From contig JAKSRF010000001.1 of the NCBI GenBank assembly GCA_024403755.1, positions 11,236 to 75,235 of the forward strand: DNA of 64,000 bases. Reading direction: 5' to 3'. Position 1 is the stretch's first letter. Each line of letters begins with the position of its first letter. Positions 30,246 through 39,820 of this stretch are shown here, one piece after another. Source of the stretch: Clostridia bacterium. GTDB taxonomy: Bacteria; Bacillota; Clostridia; Saccharofermentanales; Saccharofermentanaceae. The position numbers and the translations under genes were made by a program. The notes under the pieces were generated by a model. That model was not told the DNA's origin, did not search any database, and worked only from the letters and a program-made list of their open reading frames with translations.

Positions 30246-30630
30246 AGAGTTGATTACTCTCTTGTGGATTACCGGGACTAAATTGTGTATCTGAGTGGTT
30301 TTCACTAAACGAACACTGGTACTTTAACGGCTGTAAGCCCCCCCGATGCTCACTCGTGAAACACCGGGGCTGAATTGCGAATTAGGGGTGCTGTTCACAC
30401 ATGAACATCAGATGCTAAAGCGACGAAAGAAACAGTTTTTCCCGACATCCAAGCTTTCGTATCCTAAAATTGTGGCCTAAAACCTTTGTTCGCTACCCGC
30501 AAACCATTGCCAATAGGGACTTCCTATCAGTAGCAGGTGTTGTGGTATTGATATAAACTGCATTTTATGGTATTTTATTTAAAACGTTTTTAATAAAATT
30601 GAATTGAATAAAAATAATGGGTGTGTGTTT

Positions 30631-32049
30631 ATGTTTATAGGAAGAGAAAAAGAACTTGAATCTTTACAAGAATTCTATGATAAAGATGGAATAGGAATGA
30701 TGGTCATATATGGTCGAAGACGTATAGGAAAATCAACTCTTATATCAGAATTTATCAAAGATAAAAAGAATATTTTTTATACGGCCACAAAGGTTGGAAA
30801 GAATAGAAATCTGGAACTGTTTTCATCGCAGGTAATTGATTTGTTTATGCCTGGGGTAGAAAATATAACCTTTAAAACGACAGAGGCGATATTCGATTAT
30901 ATTGATAAAAATATTGGTAATGATAAGGTTATTCTTGTAATAGATGAATTGCCATATTGGGCTGAAAAGGATGAAGCTATTTTATCTGTATTGCAGAAAT
31001 ATATAGATGTTATTTGGAAAGATAAGAATCTCAAAGTAATTTTGTGTGGTTCTGCACTTAGCTTTATGGAAAATAAAGTGTTAAGTGAAAAGAGTCCGTT
31101 GTTTGGAAGACGTGATTCTCAAATAAAATTAGAAGCATTTAATTATCTTGATGCAGCCAAGTTTGTTCCTGATTATACTAATGAGGATAAAGCTATATGC
31201 TATGGAATTACAGGCGGTGTAGCGAAGTATCTTTCATTGATTGATCCTAAAAAGAGTATAGATGAAAATATCATAAGATTATTCTTTAAAACAGACGGAT
31301 ATTTGTATGATGAAACAAGGAACCTATTGACGCAGGAATTTTCAGACATCTCTCTTGTGAATAATATTATTGAGCAAATTGCATCCGGAGAGAATACACT
31401 TAATATCATAGCAAGTAAAATCGGTGAAAAAGATCCGACGGTACTATATTCGATAGAAAAATTAATAGATGTAGGTCTGGTTGCAAGGAAAAAATGCATT
31501 ACTGAAGAAAAAAACAAGAAGAAAACGCAGTATGTTCTAAAAGATTATATGTTTAAGTTTTGGTATGAGTTTATTCCCAAGGCTACTAGCGTGATTGAAA
31601 TGGGACAGGGAGCGATTTATTACCAAAAGGTTGTAAAACCTGTAATGTATTCATTTATGGGATCGGTTTTTGAAGAAATGTGTAGGTACTATACATTAAA
31701 GAATGGAATATTAGGTGAATACGGATGTTTTGTTACTTCTGTCGGTACTTGGTGGGGTATTGAGAACACAGTTGATAAGAACGGAGAACCACGAACTCAA
31801 TCAGCAGATATTGACGTTGTTGCCCTATCCGAGATTGATAAGAAAGTCATTGTGGGGGAATGTAAGTTCAAGAATGAGAAGATTGATAAGAATATATATG
31901 ACACTTTAATTAGAAGAGGAAACCTCATTACCTCAAAATACGAATTGTCAAAATATATATTTTTCTCTTTGTCAGGATATACAGAGTGGTTTGAAAAAAT
32001 ATCGGATGAGAATGTTTTACTACTTACATTAGATTCCCTTTATATCTAA
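30631..32049 (+). CDS. AAA ATPase (archaeal-ATPase/ATPase_2 type) with C-terminal DUF234-like PD-(D/E)xK domain
   Basis: FIGREKEL, YGRRRIGKST, VIDELPY, LCGS, SPLFGR, GTWWG...DIDVV...GECKF. Visibly AT-rich. Probable start ATG 30631. Confidence 0.85.
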   Translation: MFIGREKELESLQEFYDKDGIGMMVIYGRRRIGKSTLISEFIKDKKNIFYTATKVGKNRNLELFSSQVIDLFMPGVENITFKTTEAIFDYIDKNIGNDKVILVIDELPYWAEKDEAILSVLQKYIDVIWKDKNLKVILCGSALSFMENKVLSEKSPLFGRRDSQIKLEAFNYLDAAKFVPDYTNEDKAICYGITGGVAKYLSLIDPKKSIDENIIRLFFKTDGYLYDETRNLLTQEFSDISLVNNIIEQIASGENTLNIIASKIGEKDPTVLYSIEKLIDVGLVARKKCITEEKNKKKTQYVLKDYMFKFWYEFIPKATSVIEMGQGAIYYQKVVKPVMYSFMGSVFEEMCRYYTLKNGILGEYGCFVTSVGTWWGIENTVDKNGEPRTQSADIDVVALSEIDKKVIVGECKFKNEKIDKNIYDTLIRRGNLITSKYELSKYIFFSLSGYTEWFEKISDENVLLLTLDSLYI

Positions 32050-32223
32050 ATGCATATCCTACAGCAAATCTCGGTCATCATCTTCTTGCTGTCTATTGAA
32101 AGATTTCTTGTAATTATAAAAGAGTATAAAACATCGCCACTGTGGAATTTTCTTTTAAAGATATAATACAAATGTATAGATTGTTTTAACTTCAGAAACC
32201 GGTGTCGCTAAAAGGAGTATTGT

Positions 32224-32784
32224 ATGTTTTTATATCATTATTTTGACCGTTCCATTGGCCCGTTTAGGAACATATCAGATTTAAGCCCTCAGAAAGCACA
32301 AGCTGTATTGGATGATATAAAGATGAATAAACCCAACACTCAGTGTGCTAAGAGGCAGGAAGAATATATTGAATATAGATTATATTATGAGAATATCCTT
32401 AGAGAAGAGTTTTTGAAGCGAGGGGGAACAATAGAACGTCAGGTTCCTCATTATATGGTTATCGGACATAGTCCGTGGTTATATTCATGGTACGAGAATC
32501 CTGGCGTTATAAAGATTCCGATAGAAGAATTTGATTTATCGTCAGTATCATTTACTTACGGTGATTCACACCCGACCTTCAGTGCCAAAGTAAATGACGG
32601 TAAAGAATACAGAAGAAAGCTATATACATACGACGAGATACTTAAGCTCATCGAGAAGTACGGATATCCGCAGGATTGGAATGATGACGGTAAGTATGGT
32701 CCTGAAAGATATATAGAAGCACATATTTGGAGTGACAGAACCATACAAAAATACGTATCAATATATAACTCTGCTAAGCAGTAA
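32224..32784 (+). CDS. Hypothetical protein, possible ADP-ribosyltransferase-like fold
   Basis: AAGGAG RBS; LYHYF, PHYMVIG, SFTYGDS, ERYIEAHIW motifs. Confidence 0.55.
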   Translation: MFLYHYFDRSIGPFRNISDLSPQKAQAVLDDIKMNKPNTQCAKRQEEYIEYRLYYENILREEFLKRGGTIERQVPHYMVIGHSPWLYSWYENPGVIKIPIEEFDLSSVSFTYGDSHPTFSAKVNDGKEYRRKLYTYDEILKLIEKYGYPQDWNDDGKYGPERYIEAHIWSDRTIQKYVSIYNSAKQ

Positions 32785-32818
32785 ACACTGTATTATCTAC
32801 AGACAGTTCAGGCAAAAC

Positions 32819-33895
32819 TCAGTTCTCTGCGAGCAGTACCCCGTTTTTGTTGCACCATTCATTTAAGGCAACTGCCAAATCGCGGGAATTGTAGTAACAG
32901 CTTGAGGTATTATCAACCAGATATTTGTTTACTTTTCCCCAATCGGAACTTATAACAATAATCTCTACCACAGAGGCGTAACTCTGCGGAACATCCATCA
33001 AAATAATGTTTGCATCGGAAGCGTCCAAAGTAAAGCCCTTTTGAAAACCGGTTGCAGCAGTGTCACTTCCGCCGTTAAAGATAATTCTGTTTTCTGCAAA
33101 GCTTATGGAGGAAGCAGGAATTGCACCTGCAAAAACGTACTTAACAAGAAAATATCCTATAAAGCAAATTACGGAAAACAAAAGAATGGCCAAAAATCCA
33201 CCGAGCAGGGAAGACCCGTTAGTCAAAGCCAAGTATGCAAGATATCCGAGACCGCCGGTTATGCCTAATCCTATAATTAGAGTCGCAACAGTCAGCAAAG
33301 TTCTGCTTCCTCTAAGCTTTGACTCAAGCGCAACAGTATTGGTATTAAAAGTTGACTGAGGTATTATATTCTCATTTGCTTTTATATCTCGTAAGTGTTC
33401 TGTTTCACATTTGTGCTCAACATAGATTTTTTCAAATCCTAAAGCAACACGGCGACGATTGACTTCGTACAGAAGTCTTAAAGTCTTGTTTTTACTTATA
33501 TAAGCAAACTTAATACTATTACCGGTATTTGTCTCCATATAGCAGTCATAGTGAATATTGTATGTACGATTTCTTCGATTGTTGACTTTTACCAATTTGA
33601 AACCGTTAATATCTGAGAACTTAACAAAATTTGAAGGTTGCACGAACTTATTTATTCGCATTCCATCATTTCCAAAGTCTATGCTCAAAGCGGTGTCCTT
33701 GGCTCTTCCTGAGACTGCGACAACAATAATTGCAGCAATAACCGTCACAATAATAAATGCTGCTATCAATGACTTAATGTCGTTGCTTGGATTAAAATAT
33801 TCCGTTATTCCGATAACAGCGTACAAAAAAATAAGCGGAAACCACATCGGGGCTGTCAAAGAGACTCCCATGCGCATCTTATAATTGTTATTCAT
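32819..33895 (-). CDS. Hypothetical membrane protein with two (2TM + beta-domain) modules
   Basis: Hydrophobic pairs at about aa 10-60 and 200-255, each followed by a beta-rich soluble segment; GGGGG RBS. Confidence 0.6.
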   Translation of the reverse strand: MNNNYKMRMGVSLTAPMWFPLIFLYAVIGITEYFNPSNDIKSLIAAFIIVTVIAAIIVVAVSGRAKDTALSIDFGNDGMRINKFVQPSNFVKFSDINGFKLVKVNNRRNRTYNIHYDCYMETNTGNSIKFAYISKNKTLRLLYEVNRRRVALGFEKIYVEHKCETEHLRDIKANENIIPQSTFNTNTVALESKLRGSRTLLTVATLIIGLGITGGLGYLAYLALTNGSSLLGGFLAILLFSVICFIGYFLVKYVFAGAIPASSISFAENRIIFNGGSDTAATGFQKGFTLDASDANIILMDVPQSYASVVEIIVISSDWGKVNKYLVDNTSSCYYNSRDLAVALNEWCNKNGVLLAEN

Positions 33896-34033
33896 ATATA
33901 TTTATCCCCCAATATATCCGAGGTTTATTACTCCTCGAACAATAAATGCCGTTAACCACAGCATTTAAAACTGATTATAATTAAAATTATGCTGAAAATC
34001 AATATTCACTAATATTAAGAAAATATAAATAAT

Positions 34034-34080
34034 AAAGAGAACTGTGATTCAATGTGAAATCCATTAAACCACAGTCCCTT
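34034..34080 (-). terminator. Terminator after glnS
   Basis: On minus strand GGGACTGTG...CACAGTTCTC followed by TTT. Confidence 0.55.
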
Positions 34081-34107
34081 ATTTTGCATTCTGAATATAT
34101 TATTCTA

Positions 34108-35772
34108 TCAAGTACCCGGCTTATAACTGTCCTTAAGTGATACAGCCTTATTGAATACAAGATGTCCAGGCTTAGAATCCTTGTTATCGGCACAGAAGTA
34201 ACCGAGTCTCAAGAACTGGAATCTGTCAGCAGGCTGTGTATTTGCAAGTGAAGCCTCAAGCTTGGCACCGGTAATAACCTTAAGTGAATCTGGATTTAAG
34301 AAGTCAAGATAGTTACAATCTGCAAGGTCAGGTGATTCTACAGTGAAGAGTCTGTCATAGAGACGAATCTCGGCGTCAACTGCAGTCTTAGCATCAACCC
34401 AGTGAATAGTTGACTTAATCTTACGTCCGTCTGCGGTGTTACCTCCGCGGCTTGCTTCATCGAATGTAGCGTGAACTGCAATTACATTACCGTTCTCATC
34501 CTTATCGCAACCAACACACTTAATAACATATGCTGACTTAAGACGAACTTCATTTCCAGGGAAGAGACGGAAATATTTCTTCTCAGGTACTTCCATGAAG
34601 TCCTCACGCTCAATCCAAAGCTCACGTGAGAAAGACATCTCTCTTGTGCCGTCCTCAGGCTTCTCTGGGTTGTTTTCCGTAACGAATATTTCGGACTGAT
34701 CCTCAGGATAGTTATCGAGTATTAATTTAATCGGGTCAACTACAGCCATGGCACGCTTAGCGTTCTTGTTTAAGTCTTCACGGAGACAGTATTCAAGGAA
34801 AGCATAGTCTACTACGGAGTTAACCTTAGAGATACCGTTACGCTCATGAAAAGCACGAATTGATTCCGGAGTGAAGCCTCGACGACGTAAACCGCAGAGT
34901 GTAGGCATACGCGGATCATCCCAACCGGATACCAAACCGTTCTCAACGAGGTTACGAAGCTTACGCTTACTTAATACAGTATGCGTGATACCGAGACGCG
35001 CGAACTCAATCTGACGCGGCTTACACGGAACAGATACATTATTTACAACCCAATCGTAGAGAGGTCTGTGTGCTTCAAATTCGAGGGAACACATGGAGTG
35101 GGTAATACCTTCCAAAGCATCCTCGATAGGATGTGCAAAATCATACATAGGGTAGATGCACCACTTGTCTCCGGTTCTGTGATGAGGAATGCGGTTAATA
35201 CGATAGATAACCGGATCTCTCATATTAAAGTTACCGGAAGCCAGGTCAATCTTGGCACGAAGAGTCATCTTGCCGTCTTCAAACTCACCGTTGCGCATAC
35301 GCTCAAACAAATCGAGACTTTCCTCAATCGGTCTGTCACGATATGGGCTTACTGCCGGAGTCTTAGTGTCACCGCGGTTAGCGCTCATCTCTTCCGGTGT
35401 TAACTCACAAACATAAGCTAAGCCTTTCTTGATGAGTTCAACTGCGTATTCGTACATTTTGTCAAAATAATCGGAAGCGTAGAAAAATCTGTCGTCCCAA
35501 TCATGTCCGAGCCAATGAATATCTTCCTTAATTGCCTCTACGTACTCTACGTCTTCCTTGGTAGGATTAGTATCGTCCATACGAAGATTGCACAAACCTC
35601 CGTACAATTCAGCCATACCAAAGTCAATCTCAAGAGCCTTGGCATGTCCTATATGAAGATAACCGTTCGGTTCAGGAGGGAAACGGGTGTGAACCTTTTT
35701 GCCGTAGCATCTTCCGCCTTCCTTTAATTCTTCGTCAAATATTTCATGAATAAAGCTTTTACCGTCAGCCAT
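34108..35772 (-). CDS. glnS: Glutamine--tRNA ligase
   Basis: TRFPPEPNGYLHIGHAK, IYPMYDFAH, VLSKRKL, RFQFLRLGYF. Confidence 0.97.
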   Translation of the reverse strand: MADGKSFIHEIFDEELKEGGRCYGKKVHTRFPPEPNGYLHIGHAKALEIDFGMAELYGGLCNLRMDDTNPTKEDVEYVEAIKEDIHWLGHDWDDRFFYASDYFDKMYEYAVELIKKGLAYVCELTPEEMSANRGDTKTPAVSPYRDRPIEESLDLFERMRNGEFEDGKMTLRAKIDLASGNFNMRDPVIYRINRIPHHRTGDKWCIYPMYDFAHPIEDALEGITHSMCSLEFEAHRPLYDWVVNNVSVPCKPRQIEFARLGITHTVLSKRKLRNLVENGLVSGWDDPRMPTLCGLRRRGFTPESIRAFHERNGISKVNSVVDYAFLEYCLREDLNKNAKRAMAVVDPIKLILDNYPEDQSEIFVTENNPEKPEDGTREMSFSRELWIEREDFMEVPEKKYFRLFPGNEVRLKSAYVIKCVGCDKDENGNVIAVHATFDEASRGGNTADGRKIKSTIHWVDAKTAVDAEIRLYDRLFTVESPDLADCNYLDFLNPDSLKVITGAKLEASLANTQPADRFQFLRLGYFCADNKDSKPGHLVFNKAVSLKDSYKPGT

Positions 35773-35775
35773 TTT

Positions 35776-37230
35776 TTACTCCTTAGTAAGTCTCAAAAGA
35801 CTTGTTTTTAATCTGTTGATAGATTCTTCTTTGCCGAGAAGAATGAGAACCTCCGAACAACCGCCCGGGGTTACGGCAACTCCTGCGGCACCGATTCTTA
35901 CAGGCCACATTACAACTGAATTTTTGATTTCCTTTGATGTTGCATACTCTGTAAGAAGTGCAGATATCGCCTCACTGTTCCAATCCGTATTTTCGAGAGA
36001 AGGAATAATATCAGTAAGGACTGCGATTGAAGTTTCCTTATTGGATTTGCTCTTCTTATGCTCGAAAAGCTGAGTGTCAAACTCTCCGAATTCCTTAAGG
36101 AACAGAAGCTTCTCTTCGATTTGTGTAAATCTGGATATTCTCGGTTGCAGAATCTCTGCCAACAAAGGATACTTATCTTCAGTAAGACCGAGTTTATCGT
36201 AGAAAGGCTTGGCGTTTGACGTAAATTCCTCGTAGCTCATTGCTTTGATGAATTCAGTATTTACCCATTCAAGCTTTGTATAGTCAAATACACTCGGTGA
36301 TTTAGAAATACCGTTTATATCGAAAGCTTTAATAAGCTCATCCAATGTGAATATCTCCTGATTTGTGGAAGGAGCCCATCCGAGAAGTGCAATGTAATTA
36401 ATGATTGCCTGCGGAAGATATCCTTCATTTACCAAATCCATAAAGCCTGTGGAACCATGTCTCTTGGATAACTTGGAAATTACTTCCTTGCCTTCCTCAT
36501 CTACGGATTTACCCATAATGAGCGGAAGATGAATATAGGTAGGAATATCCCATCCGAAAGCATCATACAAAGCATTATACTTCGGTGTTGAAGACAAATA
36601 CTCACAACCTCTGACTACATGGGTAATTCCCATTGTATGGTCATCAATAACATTTGCAAAATTATATGTAGGGAAGCCGTCAGCCTTAATAAGAATCTGA
36701 TCGTCAAGCTCATCATTCGGAATAGTAATGTCACCGTAAACCAGATCATGATAAGTGGATTCACCTGTAAGAGGAAGCTTTTGTCTTATAACATAAGGAA
36801 CACCCTTGGCGAGGTTATCGTTAATCTCATTCTCTGACAAATCACGGCAGTGTCTGTCATAGCCAATGGCACCTTCCTCATGAAGCTTCTCGAGTCTTTC
36901 CTTAGTGCAGAAGCAATAGTATGCCTTTCCGGCCTTAACGAGTTGTTCTGCATATGGTTTATATAACGACAGACGTTCACTTTGGACATACGGTCCATAA
37001 TCTCCTCCGACATCAGGACCTTCATCGTGCTCAAGTCCGGCAAGCTTCAAAGTATTATAGATAATGTCAGTGGCACCTTCAACATAACGTTCCTGATCCG
37101 TATCTTCAATTCTTAATACAAAATCTCCGCCTTCATGCTTGGAGGTAAGATATTCGTACAGAGCGGTACGCAGGTTTCCGACATGCATAAATCCTGTCGG
37201 AGATGGTGCAAAACGAGTTCTGATTTTCAT
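35776..37230 (-). CDS. gltX: Glutamate--tRNA ligase
   Basis: RTRFAPSPTGFMHVG, LRIEDTD, PTYNFANVIDDH, KLSKRHG. Confidence 0.97.
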   Translation of the reverse strand: MKIRTRFAPSPTGFMHVGNLRTALYEYLTSKHEGGDFVLRIEDTDQERYVEGATDIIYNTLKLAGLEHDEGPDVGGDYGPYVQSERLSLYKPYAEQLVKAGKAYYCFCTKERLEKLHEEGAIGYDRHCRDLSENEINDNLAKGVPYVIRQKLPLTGESTYHDLVYGDITIPNDELDDQILIKADGFPTYNFANVIDDHTMGITHVVRGCEYLSSTPKYNALYDAFGWDIPTYIHLPLIMGKSVDEEGKEVISKLSKRHGSTGFMDLVNEGYLPQAIINYIALLGWAPSTNQEIFTLDELIKAFDINGISKSPSVFDYTKLEWVNTEFIKAMSYEEFTSNAKPFYDKLGLTEDKYPLLAEILQPRISRFTQIEEKLLFLKEFGEFDTQLFEHKKSKSNKETSIAVLTDIIPSLENTDWNSEAISALLTEYATSKEIKNSVVMWPVRIGAAGVAVTPGGCSEVLILLGKEESINRLKTSLLRLTKE

Positions 37231-37373
37231 AAAAAATTCCTCTTATACTTATAATAATAATGTAACTTACGTATTCTATCACATTTATCCCGATTATGTG
37301 TATACATAATATTTGTTAAGAGACAAAATAAATGCTATTATTAGTGTATTGCAAATTAATCGGAGCGGTTGTT

Positions 37374-38411
37374 ATGGATAAGCTTCAAATAAACAGAGAT
37401 TATGATGCTTTTTGCGGAACCGGTATTGCCTTTGAATATGCTGTTAAGTATATTTTGGAGCATAAGGACAAGGAGCAGGTAAAAATTGCTGTTATATCAG
37501 ACAGAGAGGTGAGTGGTTATTATTATAACCGCTTCAATCGACAGTTCCTTGATTTGGGAATTGAGACGATTTTCGTATCTGTTGACAGCACGGATAAGGA
37601 TAAAAATCTGTTAAGTGTAGACAGAATGATTAAGCATTTGAATGACTTCGGTCTGGGAACGGGAGACTGGTTTGTCGCACTCGGCGGCGGCGGTGTCATT
37701 GATGTGGTATCCTTTGCTGCAGCGATAATTAACTGTAACATAAAGCTTATGTATGTTCCGACAACTCTTAATGCCATGGGAGATGCTGCATTAAGTGAGA
37801 CCGGTTATCTTAATTCGGTAGGCAATAAAAACCAGCTTTCGATAAAAGTTAAACCGGATGTTTTAATTGTTGATCCTGTTTTTCTGGATACCGTTCCAAA
37901 AAAGATTCGAAGTAACGGTTATGCTTCAATAATCAGAATAGCTGTTCTCTATGACTATTCTTTGCTTATTGATTTGAAGAAGACGAATAATCTTCGTGAA
38001 TTTCTTGATAAGTGTTATAATATCAGAACCAAAATAGAGAAGATAAATCCTTTACTTCTTACTATGGGTAATGAACTTGCGGAAGCAATTGAATCATATT
38101 TTCGTTTCCTTAATTATACGGAGGGTGAGATTCTTGCTTTAAGTATTCTGGCTACTGTAGATAAGGAGAGACGGGAAGCACTTAAAGCATATTATAAGGA
38201 AATCGGTTTACCTGTTGTATTAGAGGGAACAGATTCAAAATTAATACTTAAGCTTGTAAGAGAGCGGTTTGACAAACTTAATTGTGACTATATTAATGTT
38301 GTCGATTTGGAAGATGGTAAGTGGACTGTCCGTCGAATTAACAGGACTGAGGCAGTCGAGCTTTTCGAGAAGAGAATAAGAAATATTTGTGCGAAAGAAG
38401 AAAAAGAATAA
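37374..38411 (+). CDS. 3-dehydroquinate synthase-like protein lacking metal ligands (probable pseudoenzyme)
   Basis: ALGGGGVID..FAA and VPTTL retained; AroB GLAEVIK, GHTFGH and LHGE positions replaced. GGAG RBS supports ATG 37374. Confidence 0.75.
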   Translation: MDKLQINRDYDAFCGTGIAFEYAVKYILEHKDKEQVKIAVISDREVSGYYYNRFNRQFLDLGIETIFVSVDSTDKDKNLLSVDRMIKHLNDFGLGTGDWFVALGGGGVIDVVSFAAAIINCNIKLMYVPTTLNAMGDAALSETGYLNSVGNKNQLSIKVKPDVLIVDPVFLDTVPKKIRSNGYASIIRIAVLYDYSLLIDLKKTNNLREFLDKCYNIRTKIEKINPLLLTMGNELAEAIESYFRFLNYTEGEILALSILATVDKERREALKAYYKEIGLPVVLEGTDSKLILKLVRERFDKLNCDYINVVDLEDGKWTVRRINRTEAVELFEKRIRNICAKEEKE

Positions 38412-38413
38412 GA

Positions 38414-39673
38414 ATGTATAAGAACGGTTTTATAAAAAAAGCTGTTGCCGTTGTTATGACGGCTGTTATGGGGATGAACCTTTTGTGCGGATGCGGTGAC
38501 GGGGACGGCAGTGAAGTGTTGCCTGCTGCATTTGGTTCATACGGAGCTGATTTTGCAAGAGAGTTTGCAAAGAAATATCCGTACCGACGTTCGTTTTCTG
38601 AAGAAGAGAATGCGGCCGGAATTATGATTGAGAAGGAGTTTAAGGAACTTGGCTATTCGGTTGAGAAACAAGCTTTTAACAGCCTTTATGAGCAAACTTC
38701 TTATAATTATTATGTAAAGATTGAAGGTAAGGGATTTAAGCAGGTTGATTCAAAGGGAAATGCAAAGGACGTCAGAAGAACTGTTATAGTAGGTGCTCAT
38801 TATGATACTATTTTGGGCATACATGACATTAATGATGAGTATTCATATGACGGAATATCAGATAATGCTTCAGGTGTCGGCTGCCTTATGACCATAGCTT
38901 CTCAAATTAAGAACTACGACTTAGACTTTGATGTTTATCTTGTAGCTTTCGGTGCTGGTAATGAGAATTATGCCGGTGCCCGTAAGTTCTATTCAAGTTT
39001 AAGCGAAGAGGAGAAAGCTTCAATAGATGTTATGTTTTGCATTGACGGAATATATGCAGGGGATAAGGTTTATGCATCTGCCGGATTTAATTCGCTTGAT
39101 TTGTCAAAGAAATATATGATGAGACGTAAACTTTATCAGGCTTATGACGTAGCATATGATAATACCCTCGGTTCTACCAATGATTTTTATTTATACTATA
39201 ACGAATGCGGAATAATTACCGATTTGAACGGTGATGGTGTCGATGATATCTATAGAGAGGTTTCAACCGTAAAATCAGACTATGTTGTATTTGATGAGGC
39301 AGATATTCCGATAGTTTTCTTTGACAGCGGGGATTATTTTTTTGATGATATGAGCAAGTTTAAGGAGACCAAGAACCTTAATCTTCAGGAGTTTGACGGA
39401 ATGATCAGTAACACCTATCTCGATTCTTCGGAGTTCCTGCGTGAAGTGTTCAAGAGCAAGAAAGATGACTCCGATCGTCTCGAGGTGCGTATTAATAACG
39501 TATCATATATTATTATGGAGACTATTATGAAGGGTTCTGATAATGCACTTACTTTAACCGAATACCAGAATCTGCTTAATGAACCTACAGTTGAACCTAC
39601 TTCAACGGGTACTTCGACAGTTTCTTCTGCAGGGGGAACTTCAGTATCTGAGACAGATACTGCCGGTTCATAA
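38414..39673 (+). CDS. M28 peptidase-like lipoprotein with degenerate active site
   Basis: Signal peptide with LLCGC lipobox-like motif; GAHYD, GISDNASG, CIDG; EE motif and final His are missing; Ser/Thr-rich tail. Confidence 0.72.
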   Translation: MYKNGFIKKAVAVVMTAVMGMNLLCGCGDGDGSEVLPAAFGSYGADFAREFAKKYPYRRSFSEEENAAGIMIEKEFKELGYSVEKQAFNSLYEQTSYNYYVKIEGKGFKQVDSKGNAKDVRRTVIVGAHYDTILGIHDINDEYSYDGISDNASGVGCLMTIASQIKNYDLDFDVYLVAFGAGNENYAGARKFYSSLSEEEKASIDVMFCIDGIYAGDKVYASAGFNSLDLSKKYMMRRKLYQAYDVAYDNTLGSTNDFYLYYNECGIITDLNGDGVDDIYREVSTVKSDYVVFDEADIPIVFFDSGDYFFDDMSKFKETKNLNLQEFDGMISNTYLDSSEFLREVFKSKKDDSDRLEVRINNVSYIIMETIMKGSDNALTLTEYQNLLNEPTVEPTSTGTSTVSSAGGTSVSETDTAGS

Positions 39674-39820
39674 GAAACTTCTCTTGTTAATAATCCTTAT
39701 TTAATTCGGTTTGGCGGTTTATGTTGGAGTATTTTTGCATTTTTGCCTGATTTTTTTTGATTGCTTGAATATATAATATTATTGAAGTGTTAGGATTAAT
39801 TCTCAAAAAGGAGGTGCAAT

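Noticed and set aside
30410-30520. c-di-GMP-I riboswitch (GCAAACC, GGGAC, CCTAAA words)
   Set aside because: The words occur in the wrong order and there is no GAAA tetraloop/receptor geometry.
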